This document shows positions 11,770 to 23,744 of a stretch of 64,000 nt of DNA, piece by piece. This DNA comes from Mobula hypostoma (lineage: Eukaryota). Both the position numbers and the translations under genes were made by a program. The notes under the pieces are model-generated. The model searched no databases. It was not told where the DNA came from and worked only from the letters and a program-made list of their open reading frames with translations. Within the stretch, counting starts at the first letter, position 1; every line of letters begins with the position of its first letter. The stretch spans positions 99,884,001 to 99,948,000 of the forward strand of contig NC_086108.1 in assembly GCF_963921235.1 (NCBI RefSeq), read 5' to 3'.

Positions 11770-13040
11770 AATTAATCAGGACGTAAGTACCAGAGTAAAG
11801 AAGTCATGTTGCTGCTGCTGTACATAAAACATTGCTTTGGCTGCATTTGCAGAGCTGTGTGCAGCTCATGTCGCCTCACTGTAGGAAGGATGTAGAGGAT
11901 TTGGAAAGGGTGCAGAAGACTTGCCAACTCATGCTCTCATTATTATTTATTTTCTTATTTTTTATTATTATATTAGATTTATTATTATTTGTTTTTGTTT
12001 GCATAGTTGGTTTTCTTTTGCACATTGATTGCTTGCCAGTCCTTGTAGTTTTTCATTGATACTATTGTATTTTTTTGCTTAACTATGAATGCCTTCAAGA
12101 AGATGATTCTCCAGGTAATATATGATGACATTTCGTATATGCACTTTGATAATCATAGAGTCATCTTAGAGTACACCACAGAAACAGGCTCTTTAGCCCA
12201 TCTAGTCTATGCCAAACCATTTAAACTGCCTACTCCCACCAATCTGCACCGGGACCACAGCCCTCCATACCCCTACCATTCATGTACCTATCCAAACTTT
12301 GTACAAGTGTTGAAACCAAGTTTTCATGCACCACTTCTGCTGGCACCGCTGGTTGTAATCCCACTCAACTTCAGTGGAAAAAACCTGCTTGCTCTTACCC
12401 TACCTGTACCCCTCTAATTACCCTATCTATACCTCTATCAAGTCTCCCCTCAATCTTCTCAGTTCCAAAGCGTAAAGTCGGAATCTAGTCAATGTTTCCT
12501 TGCAACTCTGATACTCTGGACATGACAATGTCCTTGTAAATTTTTTCTGCACTCTTTCAAACTTGTAGTTAGGTGACCAAAACTGAACACAATCCTCCAT
12601 ATTAGGGTCTCTCCAACATCTTACATAACTTCAAAATAACATCTCATCTCCTGTACTCAGTATTTCGATTTATGAAGACCAATGTGCCAAAAACTCACTT
12701 CATGATCCCATCTACCTACTAATAAACTTACTTTGAACTTTGAAGACTTTTCCCAGGCCACTGCCCGAATTAGAGGGTACGAGCCATACGGAGAGGTTGG
12801 ACAAACCTGGAGAATCAGAGGCTGAAGGGAGACTTGATTAAGGTTTATAAAATTGCCGGAGACATATACAGAGCAGACAGTCAGGATCTTTTCACCAGGG
12901 TAGAGGTTATCAAGTGGATATGTTTTATGGTAAGAGAAGGAAAGATTAAAGGAGCTGTGTAGGGCAGTTTTTTTACACAGATTGCCAGGGATAGTGATGG
13001 GAGCAGATAAATAGGGCTTTTTAAGAGGCTGTTAGACATT
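11770..13040. mobile_element. Nested cluster: CR1(+) containing a Rex1 3' end containing CR1(-)
   Basis: The outer CR1 (HLQSCVQLMSPHCRKDVEDLERVQK) breaks at GAAGACTT 11915-11922 and resumes after GAAGACTT 12742-12749. The Rex tail is split by a minus-strand CR1 3' end at ~12154-12720. Confidence 0.7.
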
Positions 13041-13042
13041 CG

Positions 13043-13400
13043 TTTGTTAAGTGCTGTGTCATATGGCGTAGGCGACCATGGTCTTTCCATGACCATGATT
13101 GTTCTTGACAAATTTTTCCACAGAAATGGTTTGCGATTGCCTTCTTTTGGGCAGTGCCTTCACAAGATAGGTGACCCATCCATTATTGATACTCTTCAGA
13201 GATTGCCTGCCTGGCGTCAGTGTTCACGTATTCAGGATGTGATATGCACGATCTGCTCATACAATCATCCACCACCTGCTCCCGTGGCCTCACATGATCT
13301 TGATCGGGGTGTTGAGCAGGTGCTATACCTTACCTGCAGGCTAGTGGAGGAGAGCAGCGACTTACACCTTTGGTCGGGAGATATCTCCACCCCCCTATCC
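13043..13400 (-). mobile_element. RTE-related SINE-like repeat
   Basis: Near-identical organisation to 27840-28212 and the partial copy 28915-29010. Contains TGGTTTGCGATTGCCTTCTT, resembling the reverse complement of the GAAGGCAATGGCAAACCA motif of Bov-B/RTE-mobilised SINEs. Confidence 0.55.
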
Positions 13401-13449
13401 TATTTAATCTTACAGTAAGTTAAAGGGTTGGCACAAGGATCTGGCCTGT

Positions 13450-13592
13450 GTCCCTTCCCTCTTCAGTCCTGACGAAGGGTTCCGGCCCGAAACGCTGACT
13501 GATCGTTTCCACGGATGCTGCCCGACCTGCTGAGTTCCTCCAGCGTGTTGTGAGTGTTGCTTTGACCCCAGCATCAGCAGAGTATTTTGTGC
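13450..13592 (+). mobile_element. Penelope terminal fragment with near-intact hammerhead
   Basis: TCAGTC CTGACGA A GGGTTCCGGCCC GAAAC GCT GACTGA (13463-13502). The cleavage triplet reads GCT instead of GTH. Confidence 0.75.
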
Positions 13593-13599
13593 TGTGTAC

Positions 13600-14000
13600 C
13601 CAACATTAAGGACCCAGCACCACCATCCAGGTCGTGTACTTTTGTAGCTGCCATCGGGAAAAAGATACGGAGCCTTAGATCCCACACCACCAGGTTCAGG
13701 AACACTTATGAACCTACAACCATCAGGCTCATGACCCAGCATGGATAACTTCACTCACCTAAATGCTGAACTGACTCCACAGCCTATAGACTCACTTCCA
13801 AGGACTCTACTTTTTATTTTGTTATTTGCACAGTTTGCCTTCTTTTGCACATTGGTTCTTTGTCAATCTTTGATATTTATATATTCTATTGTTTTTTTTT
13901 TAACTTTTCTATAAGTGCCCACAAGAAAAAGAACTTCAAGGTAGTATATGGTGACATAATTACTTTAGTAATAAATTTACTTTGAACTTGAATTTTGAAG
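13600..14000 (+). mobile_element. Rex1/Babar-type LINE 3' end
   Basis: IKDPAPP..LPSGKRYGAL..HTTRFRN-like remnant. Ends AATAAATTTACTTTGAACTTGAATTTTGA. Confidence 0.7.
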
Positions 14001-15049
14001 AGAATGAAATCATTGTTGTGCTAAGCAATTTCTTATATGGAGGATCAAATGGAACAGGATGTGTTAATGAACCTTGTGAAATTCATCCTTTGTCTACATA
14101 CCTGATCAATTATGGTGCAGCTTTTAATTTATGAGCTTCTGTTTATATCATTTGGTGTTCATTCTAGATATTAATCCTATCATAGATTAAAACCAAACCA
14201 TGATGCATGCTGTTTAATTGACTAAGAAAGTCCTTTCTTCACATTTAATCAATTTCCATAATATTAGTTACATCAATTGTCAACACAGATGGATACCTAA
14301 CAATGCACTTGCAACCAAATAGTATAATTAGTCCACAAAACCAAAGTTTTATTAATTATGGATTCACTTATAAGGCCATCAGATATTCACATTTTGAATG
14401 TGAATATTCTTTGTGGATAGATGCATACAACACTCCAGTGAATATAACCTCTATTTAATGCTCTTGCCATTTAATTCTGGTGATATTTAGGGAGCCTCTA
14501 ACTGCAAGGTCACAAATGCAGGGTATTATGTATGAGTTATACTAATTTGTTAGGGCAATGAATACATTAATTTCATTAGCAAATGGCCTTAAAGCAATAA
14601 TTACCAGTGTGGGTGTGTCAGAAGAAATCATGTTAAACTGTGGCTGTTAATTATTAAGATTTTGTACGGAGATACCCAGCCTTGACTAATGGTTGACGGG
14701 TGTTTTTGCGACTGGAAGGCTGTTACCAGTGGGATTCCACGGGGCTCAATATTCCATCCCTCTCTTTGTGTGGATATTGTAATGAATTGGATTTAAAATA
14801 GATGATGTAAAGAATGACTGTGAGAAGGAAAGCTATAGTCTACAGGAAGATATAAATGGTCTGGTCAGTTGGATAGAGTAAATTGCAAGTGGAACACAGT
14901 CCAGAGAATGGTGAGGTAATGCAGCTGGGGAGGTGCACCAAGCCAAGGGAGTGTGTTCCACGGATTCTCAAAGCTAGTAAGAAAGGTATTTAAGGAAGTA
15001 TAAAGACATATGACATACATTCAGTAGCCACTTTATTAGATACCTCCTG

Positions 15050-15360
15050 TACTAGAACTAGGGGACATAGCCTTAAGATTTCGAGGAGTAGATTTAGGAT
15101 GGAAATGAGGAGGAACTGCTTTTCCCAGAGAGTGGTGAATCTGTGGAATTCTCTGCCCAATGAAGTAGTGGAAGCTACCTCAGTAAATATATTTAAGACA
15201 AGGTTGGATATATTTTTGCATAGTACGGGAATTAAAGGATAACGGTAGGGAGGTGGAGATGAGTCCATGGCTGGATCAGCCATGATCTTGTTGAATGGTG
15301 GAGCAGGCTTGACAGGACGGATAGCCTACTCCTGCTCCTAATTCTTATGTTCTTATGTAC
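15050..15360 (+). mobile_element. CR1 LINE 3' end
   Basis: TRGHSLKI..RNCFSQRVVNLWNSLP motif. Tail CCTACTCCTGCTCCTAATTCTTATGTTCTTATGT. Confidence 0.85.
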
Positions 15361-15505
15361 CTGGTAAAGAGACCAATAAATAGTGCAAAAGAAGAATTGT
15401 GAAATAGTGTCCATGGACCATTCAGACATCTGATGGCAGAGTACTTTATTAACTAAAGCATAAAATATAACAGTTTAGTGGTCACGCTGCCTTTCTCACC
15501 AATGT

Positions 15506-15737
15506 GAGCTAGAACACACCTTGAGTACCACATTCAGTCCCACCGTGCTAGATCACACCTTAGTACCACATGCAGATCCACTGTGCTAGAACACACCTTG
15601 AGTACCACATACAGTCGCGGCGTGCTAGATCACATCTTGAGTATCACATTCAGTTCCAGTGAGCTAGATCACAGTTTGAGCACCACACAGAGTTCCAGCG
15701 AGCTAGGTCACAAATTGAGTACCACATACAGTTCTGG
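15506..15737 (+). repeat. Minisatellite, 6 x ~39 bp
   Basis: GCTAG anchors at 15508, 15547, 15585, 15624, 15663 and 15702. Unit approximately GAGCTAGATCACACCTTGAGTACCACATACAGTTCCAGC. Confidence 0.9.
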
Positions 15738-15854
15738 TGACATTATACTCAAAAGATGTGATGGCGCAAGCGAGATTTATGAGAAATTACTAGAACCTTA
15801 AAAGCTGAAGAGAGATTGAATTCCGAATCAGAATCAGGTGTATTGTCACAGACT

Positions 15855-16595
15855 TTAATTCAATTCAATTCAAGTTTATTTGCATTCAACAGTACATGAG
15901 TACATTGACATTGTTACTCCAGGGCCAAGGAGTAAAACAGTCACAAAGCATGCAAAGCACATTTAAGGTAGCAAGCACATGTAAGATATCAGTAAAATAC
16001 AGCCACGCAAAAAAAGTAGTCCAGACCGTGAGTCTATGAATGCTTCAGAAATCTGCCATCGACCACAGTACGGCTTGTCTTCTGCAGAGCGAATACTGGG
16101 GGGTTTGGGGGGAGCAGCACCAACTTCTGCCTGAACACCACATCACGCCACCCCCTGGTGGAGCCCACCGGCTTCAACGCCTCTCTCCTGGCGGCCGTAA
16201 ACAGGTGATTCCGCAGCCTGAGGCCACGCAGCTCCCTTACCACCTGCTGTCCGCCAATAAATCAGTGAATTGGACTTGCAGCATTCCACATTAATGTCTC
16301 AAAGGGTCTTGTGATCACAAGAAAAGCGACTAACAATGTCGCTTGCTATTAGACTGCACACCAATCTTCCGAGGCCCCTCCGATGCAAGCAGCAGCAGGA
16401 TCTGCATGTACCAAGTCCAGCTCCTTCAGTTTCTCCGCCATCAGGTAACTTGCTAATGGAGCAGACCTACAGCATTGTACTTTAAGTTCTTAATGTCTAG
16501 CAAAATCTTGCATTCATAAAAAATATGTTTGAAACAGACAGTAGCACCCTTTGTTGACCCCATAGAAGCCACTGCGATCGAACTTACCGGAAGTG
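15855..16595 (-). mobile_element. Non-autonomous Rex/Babar-related element
   Basis: (AATTC)n tail at 15856-15875. Its 5' part (reverse complement ..GACATTAAGAACTTAAAGTAC) matches the + strand copy at ~50030-50170. Confidence 0.5.
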
Positions 16596-17221
16596 AAACT
16601 TGTTATTTTGTGGTAGCACTACAGTGCCGGCCTAATAAATCCCGAGGGATTACAATGAAAAATAAATAATTAAATTGTGCAAAAGATGAATTGTGATGAA
16701 AAAGATGAATGGTTCATGGACCATTCAGAAAACTGATGGTAGAGAGGAAGAAGCTGTTTCTAAAATGTTTGAGAGTGAATCCTCAGATGGCTGTACCTCC
16801 TTCCTGATGGTTGTAATAATGAAAGGCCATGTCCTGGGTGGTGGGGGTCACCTCCTGAGGCACTGCCTTTTGAAGATGTACTCAGTGGCAGTGAGGCTGG
16901 TGGTTGGCTGCTTCTTCAGCTAGCGAAACAGATTGTTCATCGGCATTGCCGTACTTTGCTGTGTTACACTTCAGAAGAAGTCAAAGGAGTCTGTGTAAGA
17001 GAGCTGAGTGCTTATAGTTGTTGGTCACAGCTGGCTTTTGAAACCCATACACTTATGCCCATCTGCGGTCAGACCAATCTCTATCATAATCCTTGGCAAG
17101 GTGCTGCGAATTTTGCCATACCAAGTGACAGGCCGGAAAAGAAACATACAGTTCCTATGTCACTGTGTTCCCTGTGTATCTCAAAATATAAATTCTACAA
17201 TCTAACCTGAGGGATATTTAA

Positions 17222-17885
17222 TCTCTCCCTCTCTCCCTCTCTCTCCCTCTCTCCCTCTCTCTCCCTCTCTCCCCCTCTCTCCCTCTCCCTCCCCCCCACC
17301 TCTCTCTCCATCTGTCCTGCCCTCTCCCCCTCCCCCCTCCCTCTCTCTCCATCTCTCCTTCCCTCTCTCCCCTCTCCCACAATTTCTCCCTTCCCCTTCT
17401 CTCTCATTCTTTTCTCCTTCTATCCTTCCCTCTCTCTTCCTCTCCCTCTTTCACTCCCTCTTTCCCTCCCACTTCCCTCTCCCTTCCCTCTCTTTCCCCT
17501 CCCTCTCTTTCCCCTCCCTCTATCCCTCTCTTCTTCCCTCTGTCTCCCTCTTTCTCTGCTTCTCTCGCTTCTTCTCTCCTTCCTTCCCTCCCTCCCTCAC
17601 GATCTCTCTTCTTCCTCTCTTCCTCTCTCTCCATCTCTCCTTCCCTTTCCCTCTCTCTTTCACCCCCTCTCCCTTCCCCCTCTCTCCCTTCTCTCTCTCC
17701 TCTCTCTCCGTTTCTTCTTCCCTTCCTCTCCCTTGCCTCTCCCTATCTTACCCTCTCTCCCTCCCTAACTCTCCCTTCTCCTCTTTCTTCCTCCTCCCCA
17801 CCTTTCCACCTCTCTCCCCCTCTTTCCCTCCCTCTCTCCCTCTCTCCCTCTCTGTCTCCCTCTCTCCTTCCCTCTCTCTCTTTCT
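17222..17885. repeat. ~660-bp C/T-rich polypyrimidine low-complexity tract
   Basis: Almost purely C/T on the + strand, (CT)n/(CCCT)n-like. Confidence 0.95.
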
Positions 17886-19009
17886 GAATGTTGTTTACTC
17901 ACTCCCTTTCTCATTCTTCCTCTCTTTTTCTCATCCTCTAATACACTCCATCTGTTCTCTTTCATTTTTTGTGGCTTTATGTTTTCCACATTTCCTCGTA
18001 TCCATCATATTCCTCTGATAATTTTATAAAATCCCAAATATTCTTGCCATGCTGTCTGCTCACAATTCTTTACTGCGCAATTTGTTTTGAAAACCTGTTT
18101 TATTTTTATGGTCTATTGGATCTCTATGCCTATGTTTCTTTTAGCCTAATACCTGATATGCTCGCATACCCGCTTAACTGTACAAGTTGCCTTTTATGAG
18201 CCTGCACTGGGTTTTGTATTGAACCACACTCCTTTGAACACACCCCACTCTTCCTCTGTAGATTTACTAATTAACAGCCCTCTCAATTTACACTGACGGA
18301 TTTACTCTTCAACACTTTGAAGTTTGCCCTACTTAGATTTAAAATCTTGGTTTGTGACTCTCTCTCTCTCTCTCTCTCTCTCTGAAGCCTTGTATGAAAC
18401 TCAATCATTATTACAGCCACTAATCACACGGTGTTCCTTTGCAGCCAGATTGTTAATAGTTTCTCGTTCGTTAGTCATCTTTAAATGGTAGACAGTTTCA
18501 AAGTTGATTTCAAAACATACCATTCCAGAATCACTAAATAAATCACAGAGACCCTTTGCCCTTTCTCTTTCATCTATCCTTCCAGCTTTCAAATCTCCTG
18601 TTAGAACCTTGTTATTTCTGCATCAAGATTTCCATTGTTATTCAGGCTGGGCAGAATCGACCAGGAAAACCCAAACCTTAGCTCAGCAATGGAATAGCAC
18701 AGAGCACCTCTTACAATACCATGGACTTACCTCTGATGGTGTCCTTTTTTTTTGTACTAATTTTTTGTTTTGAACCATTTCTTTCTTCACTGCTTTGTGT
18801 AATTTGCATATAACTTATATTCTGTGTGTCTGCTGACAGCAGATTTTCAATTGTACCCGCATCTCACCTTACATGACAATGAACTTGATTTGACAGAACT
18901 CTTGCTGTTCCTCGGTTTCTCCACTGCCTGCCTATCCTTACTATAAGCCATCTGCCTGAAACTTTGCTTCTTTCTCTCTTCAGATGCTTCTGGAACTGCT
19001 AAACATTTT

Positions 19010-19755
19010 TAGTATGGTGTTCAGTTCTGGTTGCCTCATTATAGGAAGTATGTGGAAGCTTGAGGAAACTTACCAGGATGCTGCCCGGGTTGGAGATCAT
19101 GTCCTTTGAAGATAGGTTGAACGAACTGGGGGTTTTCTCTTTGGAGTGAAGGAAGGTAAGAGGTGGTTTGATACAAGGTGATAAGAGGCATTGATAGAGT
19201 GGATAGTCAGAGACTTTTTCCCAGGGTGGAAATGGTTAATACAAGGGGGCATAATCTCAAGGTGGTTGGAGGGAAGTATAGGGGGGATGTCAAAGGTAAG
19301 TTTTTTACACAGGTTATAGGTGCATGGAAAGTGGATACAAATACAGTATGGACATTTAAGAGACTCTTAGAGAGGCACGCAGATAGATAAATGAAAGGCT
19401 AGGTGAGTGGGACAGCTTAGATTGATCTTAGACACGAGAAGATCAGCAGATGCTGGAAATCCAAAGCAACACATTCAAAATGCTGGGGGAGCTCAGTAGG
19501 TCAGGCAGCATCAATAGAAAAGAGTAAACAGTTGACATTCTGGGCTGAGACCCTTCATCAAGACCAGAAAGAAAAGGGTGAAGTCAGAGTGAGATGACTC
19601 TCACTTCTCCCCTTCCTTTCCAGTCCTCATGAAGGCCCTCGGCCTGAAATGTCGACTGTTTGCCCTTTTCCACAGATGCAACCTGGCCAGCTAGATCGAT
19701 CTTAGGGTAGGTTAAATGTCGGCACAGCGACTGTGATGTAATGCTCAATGTTCTT
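19010..19755 (+). mobile_element. CR1 LINE 3' end interrupted by a Penelope inverted pair
   Basis: ORF 19178..19390 IRGIDRVDSQRLFPRVEMVNTRGHNLKV. The 3' UTR is split at 19432-19691. Confidence 0.8.
19432..19691. mobile_element. Inverted (head-to-head) pair of Penelope terminal fragments with two degenerate hammerheads
   Basis: A minus-strand copy (19432-19590) is followed by a plus-strand copy (CAGTCCTCATGAAGGCCCTCGGCCTGAAATGTCGACTG, 19621-19658). Flanked by TAGATTGATCTTAG (19418-19431) and TAGATCGATCTTAG (19692-19705). Confidence 0.75.
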
Positions 19756-20529
19756 TGGTCCATTCTCTGCTTTTAATGAAAATTGAGGTAAACTGTACAT
19801 GTTAGAAATCATAAATTAAAGTAGAAAATTTATTTTTATTGCTATTGCCTAGTTTTTTATTTTATTCCTATAAAACAATTTCTTACTCAGCTTTAATTAT
19901 GTATTTGAACAGAGGTTATATGAGTACGATGAGGATATTTGGACAATGCAACAGAATATAGAAAATCAGCAAACAAGCTACTGGAGGAACTCAACGGGTC
20001 AGGCAGGTTCAGGTGTTGGGGGATCATCAAGTCAAATTCCTGCATCAGGCCTATAGATAAGTTGACCAGGTGAAAATTTGGCAAATGGCATTTAATCTTC
20101 AAAAATAGGAGGTCACTTATTAGGAGGAATTGAAGGCTGACTGATATCTAAATTGATGGCTAACCCTGCCACTCTTTAGTGGAAATATCTGAAAGTGACA
20201 GGTGGATTTTGAGATGTTTCCATGAAAGGGGAAATCGTGAATGAATGTACACTGTTAAGGGAGCAATCACTTAAAACTCATTTGTATAAGAATTTCTTCC
20301 TGCAAGGAGAAGTGGATCATTTGAATTGTCTACTCCAGATGGTTATGGACACCAGGTTATTGGGGTATTTAAAGGAGAGGTAGATTACTTTTTGAAAATC
20401 AAGGAATTAAAGGTGAAGGGAAATTGAGAGCCAGGGGTGGGGAGAGGGGCTAGATCTGGAGTTCATGGTCGCTGGTGGGAGGAGGGAGAGACTTCCTTGA
20501 CAGGGGACTTGATAGGTAGGGGAAACAGA

Positions 20530-20770
20530 GTAGAGGGTACATTGATTTACAGCACCAGCGGCCTGGGTTCATTTCCCATCACTGCAGGTAAGGAGTTTGT
20601 ACATTCTCACTATGACCTTGTGGATTTCCTCTGGGTGCTCCGATTCCCTCCCACATTCAAATGTGTACAGAGAGGTCAGTAAGTTAATTGGTCCCATGGG
20701 TGTAATTGGGCAGTGCATGCTCGTTGGGCCGGAAGGGTTGTTACCGTACTGTATCTCTAAATGAAATAAA
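20530..20770 (+). mobile_element. HE1/V-SINE-like SINE
   Basis: B-box-like GGGTTCATTTCC, then GTAAGGAGTTTGTACATTCTC..GGATTTCCTCTGGGTGCTCCG..CCTCCCACATTC, ending CTGTATCTCTAAATGAAATAAAA. Other copies at ~6370, ~38235, ~43000, ~52235, ~59533 and ~62190. Confidence 0.75.
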
Positions 20771-21104
20771 AACTAACAGAGAAAATGTGGGATTATTAGT
20801 AGGGAAGGCAACAAGATTATACAGGGCCAAAGGGTATCAAAGGTGAAGGTAAGGGTGAGAGTGAGACAGAGGAGATTATCAACTGTAGAAACATGAGTGA
20901 TTGGATGCCTGAAGTCCAGAGTGGTATTATAACTATGAGCAAAAGACATGGCCTTTGAGGCTTTGGATGTGACAGGAAGCTAGAACACCCAGAGAAAACT
21001 CACAGGGCCATGGAGGGAATGTGTTAATTCCACACAGGCCCCACTGGAGATCAGGATCTGAGGGGCTGCAGCACGACCCACTGCAGTGGTAGCACCTCCC
21101 ATCA

Positions 21105-23210
21105 AGTGGTGTTGCCTAGACCAGACGACCAAGCAGCCAAGGCAGAATACAGAGCTGCATGCAACACCCTGCAAACCAAACTGAGACAAGTACAGGACGA
21201 ACGCAGCACTATGCAGACACTGGCAGCTCTCAAACCCGCTACAAATCGCAACACATCGTGCATGGTCCAACTCACCAGATTCAAGCCCCTCTACACTCAT
21301 TCGATGGCTCCAGCCTGCTGACAGACAAGGAACCCACCATGAGGCGATGGACAGAGCACTACGAGAGCCCTTTCAGAGATAATCGTCAAGTGCAAGAAAC
21401 ATCCATTGAAATGGTGCCCCAGCATGAGATCAGGCTTAAGCTTGATGGACAGCCAACTCTGGATGAGGTCAAAGCTGCTATTTCCAAGCTGAAATGCCAG
21501 AAAGCCCCAGATGGGATCCCAACAGAAGTGTACAAAATGGACGGAGACATTCTCCTGACCGAACTCACAAACCTGTTCACAGTCTGTTAGGAGAAAGGTT
21601 CAGTCTAAATGACCTACACGACTCTATAATTGTCTCCCTGTAGAAGAACAAAGGAGAGAAATTGGATTGTTCAAACTACAGAGGTGTTACCCTGCTGTCC
21701 ACCGCTGGGACAATCCTCGCCAGAATTCTCTTGGACAGAATCATCCCTACCATTGCTGAAGGCAACCTCACAGAGAGCCAGTTCAGATTCAGATCTGACA
21801 TGATCTTCATCCTGCCCCAGATACAGGAGAAGTGTCATGAACAGAACCTGGACTGTATGCGACATTCATTGACCTACCAAGGCCTTTGATACAGTCAGCC
21901 GCGATGGTCTCTGGAAGATTCTGTCCAAGATCGGCTGTCCCCTGAAATTCCTCACCATCCTGCAGCAGCTCCATGAAGGCCAAAGCGGTCAGGTTAAACA
22001 CAACAGCGACCTGTCTGACCCATTCCCCATCAGTACCAGCATGAAACAAGGCTGTGTTTTAGCACCAATGCTCTTTGTCTTCGTTTTCAGAATGATGCTA
22101 AGGGAGGCAAAAGACACAACCTCAGAGAGTGCATATGTTCGGCTCCGCACTGACAGAAATATCTTCAGCGTCTGCGCCTTCTCGCCCGAACAAAAACCGT
22201 GCAACAGCCCGGCCTTGAGCTAGTGTATGCAGATGACTGTGCCCTTCTCCCACACACAGATGACACACTACAGGCTGCAGTCTCTCAGTTCACCAAGGCT
22301 GTCAGGGCTTTTGGGTTAGCAGTCAGCCTGCAGAAAACAATGATTCTCCATCAGAACCCTGCTCACGGTGTTTACAACCCACCTCAGATAACCATTGATG
22401 ATCACCCTCTCAGCCCGGTCGACCTGAGCAGTGTCATCTCCAACAGCACTACAGTAGTGAGAGACGTTGACAATTGACACGCCAGAACCAGCAGTGCCTT
22501 GGGGCACCTCCAGAAACGCGTGTGGAAGAACCACCAGCTGCATCTGTCCACAGAAATCCAGGTGTACATAGCTGCCGTTGTCACAGTACTTCTATATGGA
22601 TCTGAAGCCTGGGTCTTGGACTACAAGTAAATCCGGTTGCTCAACTGCTTCCATCAGCGCTGCCTCCACTCCATCGTGGGTATCAGCTGGCAGGATCATC
22701 ATGCTTCCAACAATGAGGTCCTGGAGAAGGTTCAACTTACAAGCGTTGAAGCCACTTTGCTGCTCAAGCAACTCTTCTGGCCAGGCCACGTGTCTCGTAT
22801 GGACACCTCCAAGTTACTGAAAGCAGTGCTCTCGGGAACTCTCTCGGGGAAAGAGAGATCATGATGCCCCACGCAAGAGGCACAAAGACCAACTTAAGCA
22901 GCAACTCTCTTAGGCAAAATTCAAGGTCAACGAGTGGCAGCAGGTGGCTTGTGATATAGACCACTGGAGAACACTGATCAATGTATCAGTCAAGAATTTT
23001 GAGGAATCCAGAGGAACGAATGCTGAAGAAAAGAGGAGACACAGAAAGGATCCTACAACCCAAGCACTCGCATCCCAGTTGTTCCCATGTCCTTACCTCT
23101 CCAAAGTCTGTAGATCCAGAATTAGCCTTGACAATCCCCAGCCATGATGACATCACTCCTGAGGACTCTTCTTCCCTCCTGATCTTCGCAAGTGAAGAAC
23201 CAGCCATTAG
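21105..23210 (+). mobile_element. RTE-clade LINE, 5'-truncated, frameshifted
   Basis: Successive ORFs give PTLDEVKAAISKLKCQKAPDGIPTEVYK, DCSNYRGVTLLSTAGTILARILLDRI, KQGCVLAPMLF, ELVYADDCAL, LNCFHQRCLHSIVGISWQD and a terminal CP..SKVCRSRISL finger remnant. Confidence 0.9.
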
Positions 23211-23219
23211 TAGTAGTAC

Positions 23220-23254
<35 letters not shown>

Positions 23255-23270
23255 ATATCAGTAGTAGTAC
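23207..23270. repeat. (TAG)n microsatellite / retroelement tail
   Basis: TAGTAGTAG... lies between the RTE 3' end and the oppositely oriented non-autonomous RTE-like element. Confidence 0.9.
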
Positions 23271-23657
23271 GATCACTCAAGTCGAGTATGAAGTCTCCTG
23301 AGGGGTTATTCCCTTAATGGAGAACACTTGTGTGGGACGTTGTTTAACCTTGTGAGGCTGATGCATGCGCAGCCACCCCATGGTCCTTGATAGATCAGGG
23401 TCAGGTCCACTGACATGGAATGCATGATGATTGGGGACCCTTCACTGACACAGCCTTCCTCCGCCTTCACTGTAGTTGTGATGCATCAACATCTTCCGCC
23501 AGCTCCGCCATTGAGGTGTTGGATGGATTGCTCTTTGTCTGGAAACTCCCCCTTGATCTTACAGCCAAAGGTGGCCACAGCAGGAGCTAAGCTCCAGACA
23601 GATCTCAGGAACTCACAAACCTCTCCGTCAGGACATGGTCACAATCCTCGGAGAAGA
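23271..23657 (-). mobile_element. Non-autonomous RTE-derived (bipartite) element
   Basis: Colinear with 57890-58270 (GATCACTC.AGTC.AGTA.GAA..TTAATGGAG..TCAGGAACTCA) and related to 56851-57269. Confidence 0.6.
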
Positions 23658-23744
23658 AGCTACTGCACTACCATGCCGCCACAAGAAGTAATAGTTCAGC
23701 ACTGTATGGAAAAGATATTTGTCATCTGTGACTGTAGCTGTTCA

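Noticed and set aside
15506..15737. CRISPR-like periodic array
   Set aside because: The units are contiguous diverged tandem repeats without unique spacers. The context is eukaryotic and there are no cas genes.
17195..17989. Arg/Glu/Gly-rich ORFs on the minus strand
   Set aside because: Translation of a CT-rich low-complexity tract.
20530..20600. tRNA gene
   Set aside because: Only a degenerate tRNA-derived SINE head with a B-box-like motif; no cloverleaf.
22981..23301. Poly-Ser / poly-Leu (signal-peptide-like) ORFs
   Set aside because: Artefacts of the (TAG)n tail.
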